Shown one piece after another: positions 25,510-37,222 of a stretch of 64,000 nt of DNA. A program made the translations under genes and the position numbers. Position 1 is the first letter of the stretch; every line of letters begins with the position of its first letter. Source of the DNA: Vicugna vicugna (taxonomy: Eukaryota); the NCBI GenBank assembly GCA_013265495.1, contig MU057744.1, forward strand, positions 932,001 to 996,000, read 5' to 3'. Under the pieces are notes generated by a model that did not search any database, was not told where the DNA came from, and saw only the letters and a program-made list of their open reading frames with translations.

Positions 25510-26951
25510 TGCAAGTGGATTTTAATTTGAGTCCATTGTGCAGACACCTGAAGCAGTAAGTCGCCCGACCAGTGAACGAGACACACACACCTCCAGAGGC
25601 TTGGGAAGACCTCCCTTCAAAGATACACATTCCTCAGAAAGCTGCCCTCACTCGGTGCTAAAAATCCTCCTACTTTATCCACTAGCTTCCTCTCAAAATT
25701 CCAGCTAACCAATAGAGGCAACGGGGTAATTTTTCACGTGACAAAAATTCAAGGCTACATACTTTGAAACAAATAATTTTGTACTTTATTGGTTTTGCTA
25801 GCTTAACAGACCTATCTAGAAGGGAGGCATTTAGAAGGGGCTTCTGTTTTCCCAACTGAAGTTAGAACTGCTCCTAAGTTGGTCATTTATTCTCTCCCCT
25901 TCCTCCCGTGAATTTTTTCCTGTCCTGCTTTCACCTGAGAATAGTTTGACCTCAAATTCCATCTGAGTGAGAAATTCGATAGCATTTTTTTCTCCCATTG
26001 TTCATTAATTTTCCATTAATAAACAAATTCCTTGTAATTAGGGTAAATAGTGTAATTTCAAGAGAATGTTCATGTCAAAGCAATGGACTTTGATTTTTCT
26101 ACTGTTACACTGACAACGAAGCCTAATAAAAACTACGTAAATCATACACATGTATGCAGAATCTACCAAGGAAACACCAACTACTGCAGACAAAAGTTTG
26201 ATTCATTTGCAGAATGTTAGGGGAATGTTACTTTTTGAGACTTCTCTTAATGTAGATATATCATCTGTAAAATAAAAAAGCAATGACATTTACAATCAGT
26301 GTCTCTGCTTGATATCTGACCTGGAGAGACATGGAAACTTGGGGGGTGGGGAGTGTGCTGGGTGCTGTCACCATACCCTGCACAGTAGAACATGATCTGT
26401 CCAGGAACGAGACATTCTTGTCACCATGTGTGCTTTCTTTCCCACTCTAAGAATGTACTAAAAAGTTGTTAGGATGAAACTCTAAACTCAAGCTTTCCTG
26501 AAACAGTTTTTGGAAAAGACCAACATCATAAGTCACAAGATAAGAGGGGCCGTAAGGAACACAGGCTTTAAAATTACTCGATCTTTATGGGGATGCGTAA
26601 AATTAGTTCTTATACCCATGCAAGGGGTGAGGTTGGGTATCAAGAAACCACCAATATAATTCACCCAATAAACACATTTGTAATGAGTGTGCGTGTGTGT
26701 GAGAATTCCTCATAACTGAACTGTTTGCTCTCACTCTACTATCAGGCTGTGAAAAAAAAAGTTACATGGTAAAGTTGCTAAATGAACTTCTCCACCAACT
26801 AAAATTATGTATAACTAGCTATTATAGGTAATAATAAAAAACTAGCTAGTATTACTAATACTAATTAATGATAGCTAATTAATTAGTTATTATATTTTTA
26901 TTGTATCTTTCATGAACTGATCAAAAACACAGTTTTTGCTGGGCCAGATTT

Positions 26952-27004
26952 TCTTACCTGTTGAAAGAGAAGGAAGAAATGGAATGCACAGAAGGAGGAT
27001 TCAG
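26952..27004 (-). promoter_or_regulatory. Juxtaposed 3' and 5' splice sites (CAG|GTAAGA)
   Basis: The minus strand reads ctgaat cctccttctgtgcattccatttcttccttctctttcaa CAG|GTAAGA. Confidence 0.5.
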
Positions 27005-28779
27005 TTTTGAAATGGATAAAGGCTGATTCTACCCCATACAAGCAGAGTCTAGTGCAGCTTGGTAACTTAGGTACCTGCCTACCATCCCGAGAGCAAATGC
27101 AGAGGTAGCCAGAGAGAGGATGATGAATTTGTTACGGAAGCGAAAACACTTGTTCAACCCAAATTTGCTGTAATTCAAAGTGGGAATGTAGTATGTTAAC
27201 TTTAAGGTTTTACATGCCGTAATCATTTAATTTTTTTTAACCTAAGACTAAACAATATCTTTATTTTCTGTGTCCGCTGCTATCTGCTTAGAGAATGCTG
27301 AAAACTACAACTCTATCAATGAGGTGCTTACATGCTGAAAACAACAGACCCTCAAATTTCTTAATTTAAAGGATATTAAAATTTTAAATTATGCCCACTA
27401 GCAACAGGGGTTCAGGGCACAAATAGGAGTGAACACTTGATCAGTGGTCCAGTTTTACCTTCTGTTTCTTTAGTGGATGGTTTTATCTTGGCAGAACCAT
27501 GAAAAGAGTTCTTATATAGAATGTGGATGACCCCACAGCCTCTTGCTCTACCAAGATATAAAAAAAGTGTGCCAATATCGATTTTCAAAGGATTGCCTCC
27601 AGCAAGTTCTCATTTTTAATGTAATGTTAATTTTAAAAACTTATTTCTATGCAATACAAAGAATAAATGTCATGTCATTTCTGTAGCAGAGTTACTCCTG
27701 GCGTTGTTTTTCATCCATCTTTGAGAGTCCTAGTGAAGAGGCTTGGTTCCCTTTTAAGAACTGAAAAAAGATACTAAAAAAACTTGAGGAGGGATCCTTG
27801 GGTCCCTCTTTCCTACCGTCCCCTTTTGTACACGAGGAAAGGAGGTTTAAACCCAGAGGGAGGGAGCCAAAGAAAACTGAAAGGATAACTGGTTGAGATA
27901 CTAGAACAAGATGCTTCACCAAAATATAACCTTTCAGGACGCAGAAGGCAGGATCTCTACTATCAGCTAGGAACAGAGTATGGGAACCTCAGCAAAAGAA
28001 ACAAGCAAAATCCCAATGATTATCAGCTTCAGGAGGGATGGGGGTCCCCTAGGTAGCCACTAGGCTACAAATCTTGCCTCTTTCCACTTTCATTAAAAAA
28101 AAAATGAAACCCTTCAGTGCCCTCTCCTTAGTCCTCTTCCTCCCAAAAAGAGACAGAAATCAAAAAAATTAGTGACACAGAAACCAACAATCGCAAACAT
28201 GTCAGGAAAATCAAAACATAAGAAGGAACAACTTTAACATAGATTTTTCTCTCTTTTTTTTAAAGACATAATTTGCACCCAAGGAAACTTAAAAAAAAAT
28301 ATTGATCAGGACATTAAAATTAGTGTAATTAAAATACTCATAGGAATAATCATGAATATCACATCATGAAATGAGAGCAGTTCTGAAGAGTTAACCGGAG
28401 ATCTTGTAAATAACAAACAGCTACTAAAACAAAAAGAAACCTTTCAAGAGGTGGTTGAATAGCAGAATGCGCACTGCTGAAAAGCAAACTAGAGAGCTGT
28501 AATATCAAGCCAAGGAATTCTTCCAGAACACAACACCAGGGAGAAAAAGATAAAACCTGTGAGTGATAGTTCAAGAACTCTGGAGGGCAGATCTCAGAGT
28601 TTCAGCGCTGGCCCACAGACACCCATTGACTTGGCGGTCATCTTCCCTGCTCATCTTCACAGCCAAAGTTCAAGCACCTTAGAGGTTGGGCTTTTCCCCA
28701 GAATGGTTGTTGGCTTCCGGCTCGGCTCGTAGCTCTGGTTGGGGCCCCAGTTTTTCCCTGGGGAACCCCAACCAGCACC

Positions 28780-29760
28780 AATAACTTCCTGGGCCTCGGA
28801 CAGGCGCCCCAGGATGCCCCGGACCCCCAGCTGCCTCAATGTGACCCAGTGTCCACCCTGCGCCTCTCCGGCCCACACTCTGGCACACGCTGCCCATCGG
28901 ACGCCTGTGCGAAGCGACGCTCCTAGACGGTGAGGGACTCCAGGGGTCAGAGGACCAGACACCAGTCCATGGGGGAGAAAGCTCCCGAGCTCCAGGAAGG
29001 TCCTTGGGGAAGCTGGGATGCGGAGCACCAGAACTTCGGTCGCATCACGCCGCGCCCTCGGCCCAGGCCCCGCCCCGCCCTCCTCTCCGGCCACGCCGCG
29101 CCCTCCGCCCAGGCCACGCCCCTCGACCAGACCACGCCCCCGAGCGCGGGGGCTGGTGGGAGTCGTGGTTCTGCGTGGCCGCGAGAGCTCCTCAGGCGGG
29201 AATGCGGCGCCCGCGGCGGAGTGACCCGGGAGCTACTTACCCTGAGGAGGCCGCCCCGCCTCCCCGGCCGCGGCTCCAGCTCAGCCCGCGGGACGGGCCT
29301 CCAAACCGAGGAGGTGCGGGCCCGCGGAGCGGTGCGCTCCCGCATCCTTCTTCAGAGGCGCTGAGTCCCGCGCGTCCTCTGCTCCGCACTGGCGCGCCCT
29401 GGGCCCAGAGTTTGGCCCGAACTTTCGGGAAATGGGCTCTCGTCCGTCCTGCGTCCTTCGGGAGCGTCTTCCCCGCAGGCTTCACGAGCCGCTCCCGGAC
29501 GGTAGGGTCCCGGCCCGAACAGGGGCCGCGCCCGGAGACCCCGCGCGCTGCGGCGCCCACGTGTGCGAGCGCAGCGCCACCCGGCTGCCGCCGGAGGTGC
29601 CCGGCTTCCGCAGCCCTTCCTTCTCCTGACGGAACCCGAGGGAGCCCAGGTCCAGGCTCGGTTCGGGTGAAGTGCGCCAGCCCCGAGAGCTGGCTGCCCC
29701 TGACTGTCAGCTGACTTCGGCCGGTGTGTTAAAAAAAGCCCGGAAGTTTCCCCCATGTCA
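28780..29760 (-). promoter_or_regulatory. CpG island promoter of an unidentified minus-strand gene
   Basis: Very GC- and CpG-rich ~1 kb. ETS site ccggaagt at ~29740, GC boxes ccccgccccgccc at ~29068, and a consensus donor on the minus strand. Confidence 0.85.
29241..29345 (-). CDS. Possible coding part (or uORF) of the first exon of the minus-strand gene: MRERTAPRARTSSVWRPVPRAELEPRPGRRGGLLR, phase-0 donor
   Basis: ATG at 29345 with A at -3, then 105 nt to the donor cagg|GTAAGT (29240-29235). The donor is well supported. Coding status is uncertain and the exon may be 5'UTR. Confidence 0.35.
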
Positions 29761-29777
29761 GCCAGATAAATAGTTGA

Positions 29778-29949
29778 TTTTTTTTTAAATTTTGTTTTCT
29801 ATTGAAGAGTAGTTGATTTACAGTGTTAGTTTCATGTGTCCAGGAAAGCGGTTCAGTTCTACATATATAGACATATTTTCAGATGCTTTTCCATCATAGC
29901 TTATTACAGGAAATTGAATATAGTTCCCTGTGCTGTACGTAGGTCCCTG
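29778..29949 (-). mobile_element. LINE-1 3' end at the edge of the CpG island
   Basis: T-run plus ttgaagagtagttgatttacagtgttag. Perfect TSD aatagttga at 29769-29777 and 29950-29958. Confidence 0.88.
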
Positions 29950-29970
29950 AATAGTTGACTTCAATCAGAC

Positions 29971-30479
29971 TGTTGGAGAGGAGAAACCTTTCCTTCTAGC
30001 TACCTAGTTCTCCAGCTGAGGGCCTTGGAAATTAAACGACATTGAGAAGCAGGGGAATTTAGCAGTGAAAATACACTCAGGCAGGCGGCCAGGTGATTGA
30101 GGCTTATGTGCCCTCTTAGGCTGAGCGAAGAAAAAGAGGTTTGGGAGTTCTTGGGAGGGGGAGGCAAGTTAGAGGAGGCTGAGGGAAGGGGGTATATGAT
30201 ATATGAAGGTTGTCTTTATGCAGGTAGGCGTCTCAGGTGTAAGAGTTGTCTCTGGGAGCAGCTCTCTTCCTGATCCTGAGGCCCCTTTACAAATGGAAAT
30301 TTCCTTATTTCCTTTATCGACGAAAGTTCCCTTTTCGAAAGGTGAAATTGGTACTCTGTTTTAGTTATTTAGGGGGAGGTGAAGAACTTTCCCTGCATCT
30401 GCCGCTCAATCCCCTGTAGCTCAAAATAATCTGTGTGCCAAATAGGAGTATTTTGGAGTGTCTACTCTGGTACCCCTCA
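29971..30479 (-). mobile_element. Solo ERV1-class LTR (MER4-group-like)
   Basis: TG...CA termini and a perfect 4-bp TSD agac at 29967-29970 and 30480-30483. The minus strand starts tgaggggtaccagagtagacactccaaaata, which is typical of MER4-group LTR 5' ends. Confidence 0.75.
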
Positions 30480-31593
30480 AGACGTTGACGAAAGAGCTGG
30501 CCGGCTGCGTGGAGGACAGGCACAGAGAAGCTGGTCAGTGACAATGACAGGAGGATAGGGAATTCGCTCCATGTGGCCAGTCTTCTTTTTGGATTGTTTC
30601 ACAGTAGCCTTCAGATAGCTCTGTGAAGTGGCCATGATCACTTTTGGTGGCCCTGGTACCTCTGTTACTAAATGCTAGCCTTGAGACAGTCTGGGTTCAG
30701 AGCCCAGGGCTGTTACCTCCCTCCTACCAGACACCCAGGCTCCGTGTCAGCGCTGCCCATCGCATGGCCTTTCTCTTCTGTATGTGCATGTAGCTGTGTT
30801 AGTTGGTGGTGAAAACCACCCTTGCTCTGAGACTGTCGGACTGCTACTATGCATGACACTTGCTGACACAGAGAGATGTTAGACCAAATGCTGGTGTCTA
30901 AAATGGAGACTATTTTTGGTAAAGTAGCGTAAAATGTGTAACACTTTAAGTGCCTGTTAAATGAGGTGGTATCGTTTTCATCGCTTGGCTTTTCTGCCTG
31001 TTGCCCAGACAGCCGACACCAGATAATCCTGTTTCACTGAGGCTTGCTTAGCAAAAGGACAGGTTCTTCCCTTTGGAACTCATTAGTTCTCTTGCAGCTA
31101 GAGACTTTTTTTTTCTCTTCTGCTCTTTGTTCTGAGGCTTAAAGAGTCTAAGACACTGAGTTTTGTGTTGATAATCCTGTTTCACAAGGCTATTATTTTT
31201 CCCCTTTGAAGACAAACTCTCCATCATTTGGATGCTTAAAAGCCTAGACACGGCACAGTTTATTCGTATAATGTACTGATCCCAAATGCCAAGTAGGTTT
31301 CGCAGCGCCTACCCAGGACACAAATCCTGGGTTGTGCATAAATGACTCACGCACGTTAAAGTGCTATGAGAAACCCAGGGATTTTTAGGTGAAAGTGTCA
31401 AAAGAAAAGAAAAGGCTAGAATAATGGAGGCCACACTTAGTGTCAAAACCCAGAATCTTCACTTTTTGGGCTATGTGAACTTGGACAAATTGATCAGCCA
31501 CTCTAAGCCTTAGTTTCCACTACCATAAAATTACGGTAAAAAATCACAAGAGTTTTTTAAAGGACCATATGATACACATATAGTGTATTACGT

Positions 31594-33503
31594 TGTCAGA
31601 GAACACCACTCCCATCCGTCTCTACAAGGATTAGGTCATTAGCCGCTGCAGCCAGGGACCTTTAACACACCCTGAAAGAAGTTCAGGGAGGAGATCAAGA
31701 ATGAGGCACTCTGTGCTCTGGGAAAAGTGGCAGAACAGGGCTTAAGATACTTTCAAGAGAAAATTTCATAAACCCAGTTTCTTGCATCTTCCCATACTTG
31801 GACAAACACTAAAATCAACCAAGATATCTGTGCCTCATGACTAGCAGTAACCTACCAGGATGTGTGTTTCATTGCATGTATGCATTCTCCAAAGTCACAT
31901 ATATTCTCACGTTCCCTCTTACATCTTTGGAGCAATTCCTCAGAGTTCTCTGAGAGGCTGTCTCCTGGGCTGTAGTTCTCAGTAAGTCCCAAATAAAACA
32001 AATGCACAGTTCTCACGTTGTGCGTTTTTATTTCAGTTGACAGTTTTGGCAACCACGACAGGACCCAGGGCAGAATTCTCTCCTTTGCCTGAACTCTGCT
32101 AGGATCTGGAGCCTTGGTACCAGCAGGACCTCTTCTGGCTGTCGGCCTCCTTGGCAAGTCCAGATGGATTTGGGTGAGTCTCTCCTGATTCTCAGATCTC
32201 CCAATTATTGGTTGACGATCCTGAGTTTTTTTTGGTAGAATATTACAAGCACCTGGCCCCCCAGCTGAAAGATACTGGGGGAACCTGTTTGAAAGACACT
32301 GGAATTTACTTGGTTGAAAGACACTGAGAGGTCTGGACAGGGTGATTGGGTGGGAGGGGTGGCCAATGTCTTTCGTAAACAAGAAACATTAGAAAACCAG
32401 CCTTCAGCTAATACCCCAGCCAGGTTTATGTACAAATGAAGCTTACACTTCCTAGTACTTACTTAATTGGGAATTAAAGGAAATCCCGCCCCAGAAATGA
32501 CCAGGATGGGGCTCTTTTGACATTCCAACACTGGTTGATTGCATAAGCTGTTAGAATTAGAGAAAGCCAGTCTGATAAAACATCTTTTCAGAACTCTGAC
32601 CCTAAGAAAACAAGCCCTTCTAGAGAAGCTTGCATTTCCCTCCCTGTGCCTTGAGATGTAAATGTTCTGCCAGGGTTCTTAGGAACTCTTACCTTATCTA
32701 GACCATGTCTAATTCCTGAGACTGAGAAAAAGAAAAAAGAGGCCTTCTGGAACTCAAGTGAGCAAACATATTCCAACTGTTAATAAACTAGTGAGTTTTA
32801 TATTGTAATACCTGATTTATGACTAAGTTTTATAAATGAAACTATGAGAGCTCTGTGTCTGTCTATATGTCTGTGTGTACTTTGTATATATGATATATCT
32901 TTACCTATGGATGGTATTACCAAAATTAATTTATACATGAGCTTTATTTAATTGACTTAAAGGAAATTAAGTACTTATGTAGATTCTCCAAAACAAAAGA
33001 AAGTAACCCAAATAAATTTCAGGTTCACGTGAACTGGGAAATAGCATTAAATTAATATTTGGTATTAAAGTTTGTCTAAGTCTGTTGGTTTAATTAATAC
33101 AGACATGTCTGTAGAGTCACCAACATTAAGTGTAATACTTTTATTGTACCCAGGTTTACTAGAAGTCAAATAAGATCTTATTAAATCTGTTGCAAAATTT
33201 GTCAGCAAGAAAAATAACTTGGTGTAATGAAATTTTTATAAGTAAATTAAATGTAAATGAGGTAAAAGCTTTTAGATAAACTCTTTGGGAACAATTATGT
33301 TTTATCTGCTTAAAAATAGTCTCCCCTGGGGGTATGAGTATAGCTCAGTGGTAGAGCATATGCTTAGCATGCACGAGGCCCTGTGTTCAATCCCCATTAC
33401 TTCCATTTAAAAAGGAAATCATTTTCCCTGATTTTGGTAACTTGAAACTTTAGAGTTTGCTAAATTAAGCTAAATGGTAGAAGTTTGTTAAATATCTAGG
33501 TCA
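31594..33503 (+). mobile_element. Truncated ERV1 provirus: 5' LTR (31594-32042), PBS, leader and MER4-group-like internal region
   Basis: The LTR ends tttcagttgaca and is followed by the PBS-like tggcaaccacgacaggac (32047-32064). Donor gg|gtgagt at 32174, then AT-rich MER4-int-like sequence. No intact gag/pol. Confidence 0.7.
33328..33413 (+). mobile_element. vic-1-type SINE (short form) inside the ERV internal region
   Basis: gtatagctcagtggtagagcatatgcttagcatgcacgaggccctgtgttcaatcccc. Confidence 0.88.
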
Positions 33504-34844
33504 GAAGCTCTGCAGCCCATAAAGGGGGTGGCATAATATATCTCAAGCGATGAAAGAGGAAAACTACAACCAAGAGTATTTACCCAGCAAGGCTTTCATT
33601 CAGATTTCATGGAGAGATCGAAAGTTCTACGGACAGGTGAAAGCTAACAGGGTTCAGCACCACCAAACCAGCTTTATAAAAAATGTTAAAGGAACTTTTC
33701 CAAGCAAAAACAAAAACAAAAACCCAAAAATAGACCACGACTAGAAATGTGAAAATCACTAAAAGAGAAAGCTCATTGGTAAAGGCAAATAAACAGTAAA
33801 GGTAGTGAATCAGCCACATAAAAGCTAGTAGGAAGGATAAAAGACAGAAGTCGCCAAATCACCTATATCCTCAATAAGTACTTAGGGGATACACAAAACA
33901 AAAAAAAATGTAAAATATGATGTCAAAAACAGTAATCATGGGTAAAGGGGAGTAAAAATGTAGGTTGTTAAAATGTGTCTGAAATTAAGAGATCATAACT
34001 TAGAAGGAACAAGATGAAACTTAGATTTTTCTAGTCTTTAATTTCTAATCCCAATGCTTGTTCTAAGATATTCATAGTCCAAATAAAATTAATTTCTGTA
34101 ACTCTAAAGTTTCAGCATAAAAATTTCATCAGACAAATTGGTAACTTGAAACTTTAGAGTTTGCTAAATTAAGCTAAATGGTAGCAGTTTATTAAATATC
34201 TAGGTCAGAAGCTCTGCAGCCCGCCCATAAAGGGGGTGGCATAATATATCTCAAGTGATGAAAGAGGAAAACTACAACCAAGAGTATTTACCCAGCAAGG
34301 CTTTCATTCAGATTTCATGGAGAGATCGAAAGTTCTACAGACAGGTGAAAGCTAACAGGGTTCAGCACCACCAAACCAGCTTTATAAAAAATGTTAAAGG
34401 AACTTTTCCAAGCAAAAACAAAAACAAAAACCCAAAAATAGACCACAACTAGAAATGTGAAAATTACTAAAAGAGAAAGCTCATTGGTAAAGGCAAATAA
34501 ACAGTAAAGGTAGTGAATCAGCCACATAAAAGCTAGTAGGAAGGATAAAAGACAGAAGTCGCCAAATCACCTATATCCTCAATAAGTACTTAGGGGATAC
34601 ACAAAACAAAAAAAAATGTAAAATATGATGTCAAAAACAGTAATCATGGGTAAAGGGGAGTAAAAATGTAGGTTGTTAAAATGTGTCTGAAATTAAGAGA
34701 TCATAACTTAGAAGGAACAAGATGAAACTTAGATTTTTCTAGTCTTTAATTTCTAATCCCAATGCTTGTTCTAAGATATTCATAGTCCAAATAAAATTAA
34801 TTTCTGTAACTCTAAAGTTTCAGCATAAAAATTTCATCAGACAA
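33434..34844 (+). repeat. Tandem duplication of ~705 bp (33434-34136 and 34138-34844) spanning an ERV-int/L1 ORF1 junction
   Basis: Near-identical sequence, also visible as duplicated ORF translations (33550/34255 and 33607/34315). Contains an L1 ORF1 C-terminal remnant (tttacccagcaaggctttcattcaga). Confidence 0.97.
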
Positions 34845-35197
34845 CCCATAATATTTACCACCTTTTGAAGGACAGACAAGTCTCTGGCTGGTATTTAAGG
34901 TCTTCCTCAGTCAGGTTCTTCCACATCTTTCCAACCTTATCTGCCATAAGAACCTTGACTCTAATCACTCTTGTTTGATTTCTCACTATATGACAATCCG
35001 CAGTGTGTCCTTGTCTGCATAATCTTTGTTCCCAACTCCCCTCAACCCAGCTCCCATCCAGTCATTCAACAATACTTACAGCTCTTGTTATTTTCATGAG
35101 CTTTAAACTCAAAAGGATCTCTTCCTCTCATATTTCTCTCTTCTGAACTTTTTATAGCACTTACTCTTTGTATCTTTTGACAATTCATTATCCAGTT

Positions 35198-35251
35198 TAT
35201 ATATATATATAATATATGTATGTGTATATATATGTGTGTGTGTGTGTGTGT
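35198..35251. repeat. (TA)n/(TG)n compound microsatellite
   Basis: Read directly from the sequence. Confidence 0.9.
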
Positions 35252-36044
35252 TTATTTCACTCTCTGTGTATGTTTTCCCAAGGATATGTACATTTTTTGA
35301 GGTAAGGGATATGCTTTTTTTTCACGGAATGATAATTAAATGATAAAATTATCATTCACATTATAGACAAAAAATTTTGCTGATTAATTATTTTAGGCAT
35401 AAAAGCGTCTAATTTAGAATACTGTATTCCTAGAGAAGGCCAGCACATTACAACCAGTGACACCATAGCACATGGCCTTCCATCATTAATTAATTAAGGC
35501 TTTGACAACAGGAAGCAGCACTAGTAGACTTTGATGATGGGAAATAAGCTTAGTTTAATTTGGGAAGCCACAGTGGAGTGCCCTGGGCAGTCAGCCAGGC
35601 CTAAGGGCCCACGGAGAAGAGCAGCTTCCCCAAGGGAAGTTAGAAGGCGACAGGGGGTGGAGGGGTGCAATGAAAAAGGCCAGGAGTGTGTTTGCAGAAA
35701 GCTGGCCCCTGTGCAACGTGTGAGCTGATGATTCGTCACACTGCTCAAGTGACACCAAAAATCTACGCCGTGGCTCCTCCTTCTTCAGGAATATTTACTG
35801 CCTCTGATGGGCAACAGCAATAACAAGGTCACTCTGGGGTGAAATGCTGCTGCTGGCTCCTCACTGCTCTGTCGCGTCTCAAACAGAAGGACTCGTTACT
35901 GTACAAGGCCAAGTCTCACTGCTGTCCAGCTGCTTCGCTTCTGTCTCCTGTACAAGGTTTGGATCTTCCTCTTTCCCCACCTTCTCCCTCCAACCCAGTT
36001 CTCAAGAGTCAGAGGGCTCTATTCAAGGCTTAAAATTGTATTGA

Positions 36045-37222
36045 CTCCCAAGGCAAAAGAAGTAAAAGCAAAAATAAGCAAATGGAACCTAATCAAACTT
36101 ATAAGCATTTGTACAGCAAAGGAAACAATAAACAAAACTAAAAGACAGCCTACAAGGCTGGGGGAAAATATTTGCAAATGATGTGACCAACAAGGGAGTC
36201 ATTTCCAGAATACACAAACAGCTCATACAACTCAATAACAACAACAGCAAAAACCCCAAACAACCCAATCAAAAATGAGCAGAAGACCTGAATAGACATT
36301 TCTCCAAAGAAGGCATACAAATGGCCCATAAGCATATGAGAAGATGCTCAGTATCGCTAATTACCAGAGAAATGCAAGTCAGAACTACAGTGAGGCATCG
36401 CCTCACACTGGTCAGAGTGGCCATCATTAAGAAGTCCACAAACAATAAATGCTGGAGAGGGTGTGGAGAAAAGGGACCCCTCCTCCACTGATAGGGGGAA
36501 GGTAGTTTGGTGCAGCCATTATGGAAAACAGTATGGAGATTCCTTAAAAAACTAAAAATAGACTTACCATATGATCTAGCAGTCCTGCTCCTGGACATAT
36601 ATCCAGAGAAAACTCTAATTCAAAAAGATACATGCACCCCAGTGTTCACAGAAGCACTATTTACAATAGCCAAGATACGGAAACAACTGAATTGTCCATC
36701 AATAAATGACTGGATACAGAAGTTGTGGTGTGTTTATACAATGGAATACTACTCAGCCATAAAAGAATGAAATAGTGCTATATGCAGGAACATGGATGGA
36801 CCTAGAGATCATCATATTAAGTGAAGGACATCAGAAAGAGAAAGACAAATACGATATTACTTACATATGGAATCTGAAAAAAATGATACAGATGAACTTA
36901 TTTTCAAAACAGAAACAGACTCAACAGCCATAGAAAACAATCTGATGGTTACCAAAGGGGAAAGGTGGGGGGAAGGATAATTTAGGAGTTTGGGATTAGA
37001 AATATATATATATATTTATATTTATATTTATATTTATATTTATATATATTTATTTATCATATATATATATATGATAAACAACAAGGTCCTGCTATATAGC
37101 ACAGAGAGCTACATTCAATATTTTGTAATAACCTATAATGAAAAAGAATATGTATAACTGAATCACTGTGCTGTACATCAGAAATAAATACAACATTATA
37201 AATCAATGAGACTTCAATTAAA
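36045..37222 (+). mobile_element. 5'-truncated LINE-1 (ORF2 C-terminus plus 3'UTR, ~1.2 kb)
   Basis: ORF2-like peptide [22 protein letters not shown]...TCTPVFTEALFTIAK...YTMEYYSAIK (36507-36770). TSD aaaattgtattga (36032-36044) / aaagttgtatcga (37223-37235). AT-rich simple repeat at ~37003-37072. Confidence 0.93.

Noticed and set aside
27029..27226. 65-aa minus-strand ORF with a hydrophobic stretch (MITACK...)
   Set aside because: No recognisable homology and a weak upstream acceptor. At most a uORF in a possible alternative exon.
28657..29756. Long overlapping ORFs (up to 236 aa) on both strands
   Set aside because: Arg/Pro/Gly/Ala-rich by-products of stop-codon depletion in a CpG island, with no recognisable domain.
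36269..36770. ORFs with L1 ORF2 similarity
   Set aside because: A 5'-truncated, interrupted retrotransposon remnant, not a functional gene.
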